Assembly (NCBI GenBank): GCA_964036045.1 | Contig: OZ038378.1 | Location: 31,930,001-31,994,000 of the forward strand | Source: Eutreptiella sp. 'Long Island Sound 2002' | Lineage: Eukaryota > Protista > Euglenida | Reading direction: 5' to 3' | DNA length: 64,000 bases | Shown: piece by piece, positions 63,011 through 64,000 of the stretch | How positions within the stretch are numbered: the first letter of the stretch is position 1 | Layout of the letters: every line of letters begins with the position of its first letter | Made by a program: the position numbers and the translations under genes | The notes under the pieces: generated by a model | The model's database searches: none | Seen by the model: the letters and a program-made list of their open reading frames with translations, nothing else | Told to the model about the DNA's origin: nothing

Positions 63011-64000
63011 CCCTTGGTACACGCTAGAATACCCAATCTCGTTCTAGCCTAGAACAGGCTAGAGAGGCTAGAACGAAAAAAACCGGGGGATACCCCCCCC
63101 CCCTTCCGAAGGGGGGGGGATGAGGTGTTTAACCTGGACCCCCCTATCCATACTCGCATACTCGGGGGCCCATACTTTTTTTTCACAATTTCATTGTTGT
63201 CACCTGTTTTTTGTCGTCCAAAATTTTTTCGTTCTAGCGGCGTTCTAGCGACGCTCGCTAGAACGCCGCTAGAACGGTTCGCTAGAACGCCGCTGGAACG
63301 ATATATATGAATGCTCCGCCACTGCTCAAAGAGAAGCTGCCCCGGCTACCATGGCCAGCCGTGGCCAATCACAGGGTCCCGATGCTGGACCCGACTCACG
63401 GAGCGCCGGGTTCCCCCCCCCCCCCCCCACCCCCCGGTTAGCCCGGTCAGCCCCCCACCGCACGCCATAGGTCACTTGGAAGGTCACTTGGCGGGCCGGC
63501 GCCGGGTCACGTGGTGGTGGGTTAGCCCGATTAGCCCGGTTAGCCCGATTAGCCCCCTTGCCCCCCCAAGCCCCCATTTGCGCGTCGCGACACGCAGGTT
63601 ACCCCTCCTGCGTGGTGGGAGGTTGCCGGGGCTCAGCCTTGCTCCCGGCACCCCCCTTCTCACCCCCACCCCCCGTGTCCCCTTCTTTCTCACCCCCCTT
63701 GTCACCCCCTGCCTCACCCCCCTTATCACCCCCCTCCCCCTTGTCACCACCCTCGTCCCCCTCGTCGTCCCCGTCATCCCCGTTGTCCCCGTCGTCCCTG
63801 GCCTCCAAGGCCTCCCGGAGGTGGGCCTCCGCCTCCTCCCGGGTGAGGAAGAGGAGGTCCCCCGCCACCCGGAAGGTGCCCCCCTCTTTCTCCCGCTTCC
63901 TCTTCTTCCCCTTCTTCCCCTTCTTCCCCCCCTCCCCCTCCCCATTGGACCCCTGCGACGCCACCCACCACTCCCCCGGGTCCAACTCCTCATCCCAATC
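63011..64000 (-). mobile_element. Further copy of the CCCT-TIR family, inverted relative to 50278-51574, running off the window
   Basis: CA|CCCTTGGTACACGCTAGAATACCCAATCTCGTTCTAGCC. 63290-64000 aligns to the reverse complement of ~50580-51280, including the shared DWDEEL.P.EWW..GKKRKRE..GDLLFL.REE frame. Confidence 0.92.

Noticed and set aside
1-64000. Fanzor/TnpB, Helitron Rep/helicase, Polinton pPolB or ATPase
   Set aside because: I looked for RuvC, HUH, Walker A and DxxSLYP/YxDTDS motifs in the ORF track and in the frames I translated by hand and found none convincing. A profile search could still find decayed copies.
292-64000. Most short ORFs in the supplied track
   Set aside because: They are antisense or off-frame shadows of GC-rich, low-complexity or repeated DNA.

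Overview
GC-rich eukaryotic DNA made almost entirely of nested, decaying mobile elements and tandem arrays. No intact housekeeping gene, rRNA, tRNA or CRISPR array is recognisable, and the organism cannot be identified from the sequence. Recognisable elements are: a degenerate ZNF862-type hAT transposase (~24.0-27.4 kb) directly downstream of a 2.4-kb array of 72-bp palindromic units; a degenerate LINE with APE endonuclease, RT and RNase H remnants (~49.6-57.8 kb); a 3,987-bp TIR element (2641-6627) with Merlin/IS1595-like transposase fragments and a passenger ORF; a second Merlin-like remnant (~40.4-41.6 kb); and a non-autonomous CCCT-ended TIR family flanked by TG/CA (49370, 50278-51574, 63011 onward). 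Long reading frames are broken mostly by TAG, and also by TGA and TAA. Copy-to-copy differences are largely C>T in CG and CAG/CTG contexts, which points to methylation-driven deamination rather than a variant genetic code. At least two unassigned protein families occur as diverged pairs. All family assignments come from motifs read by eye; no database search was run, and most coordinates of degenerate features are approximate.
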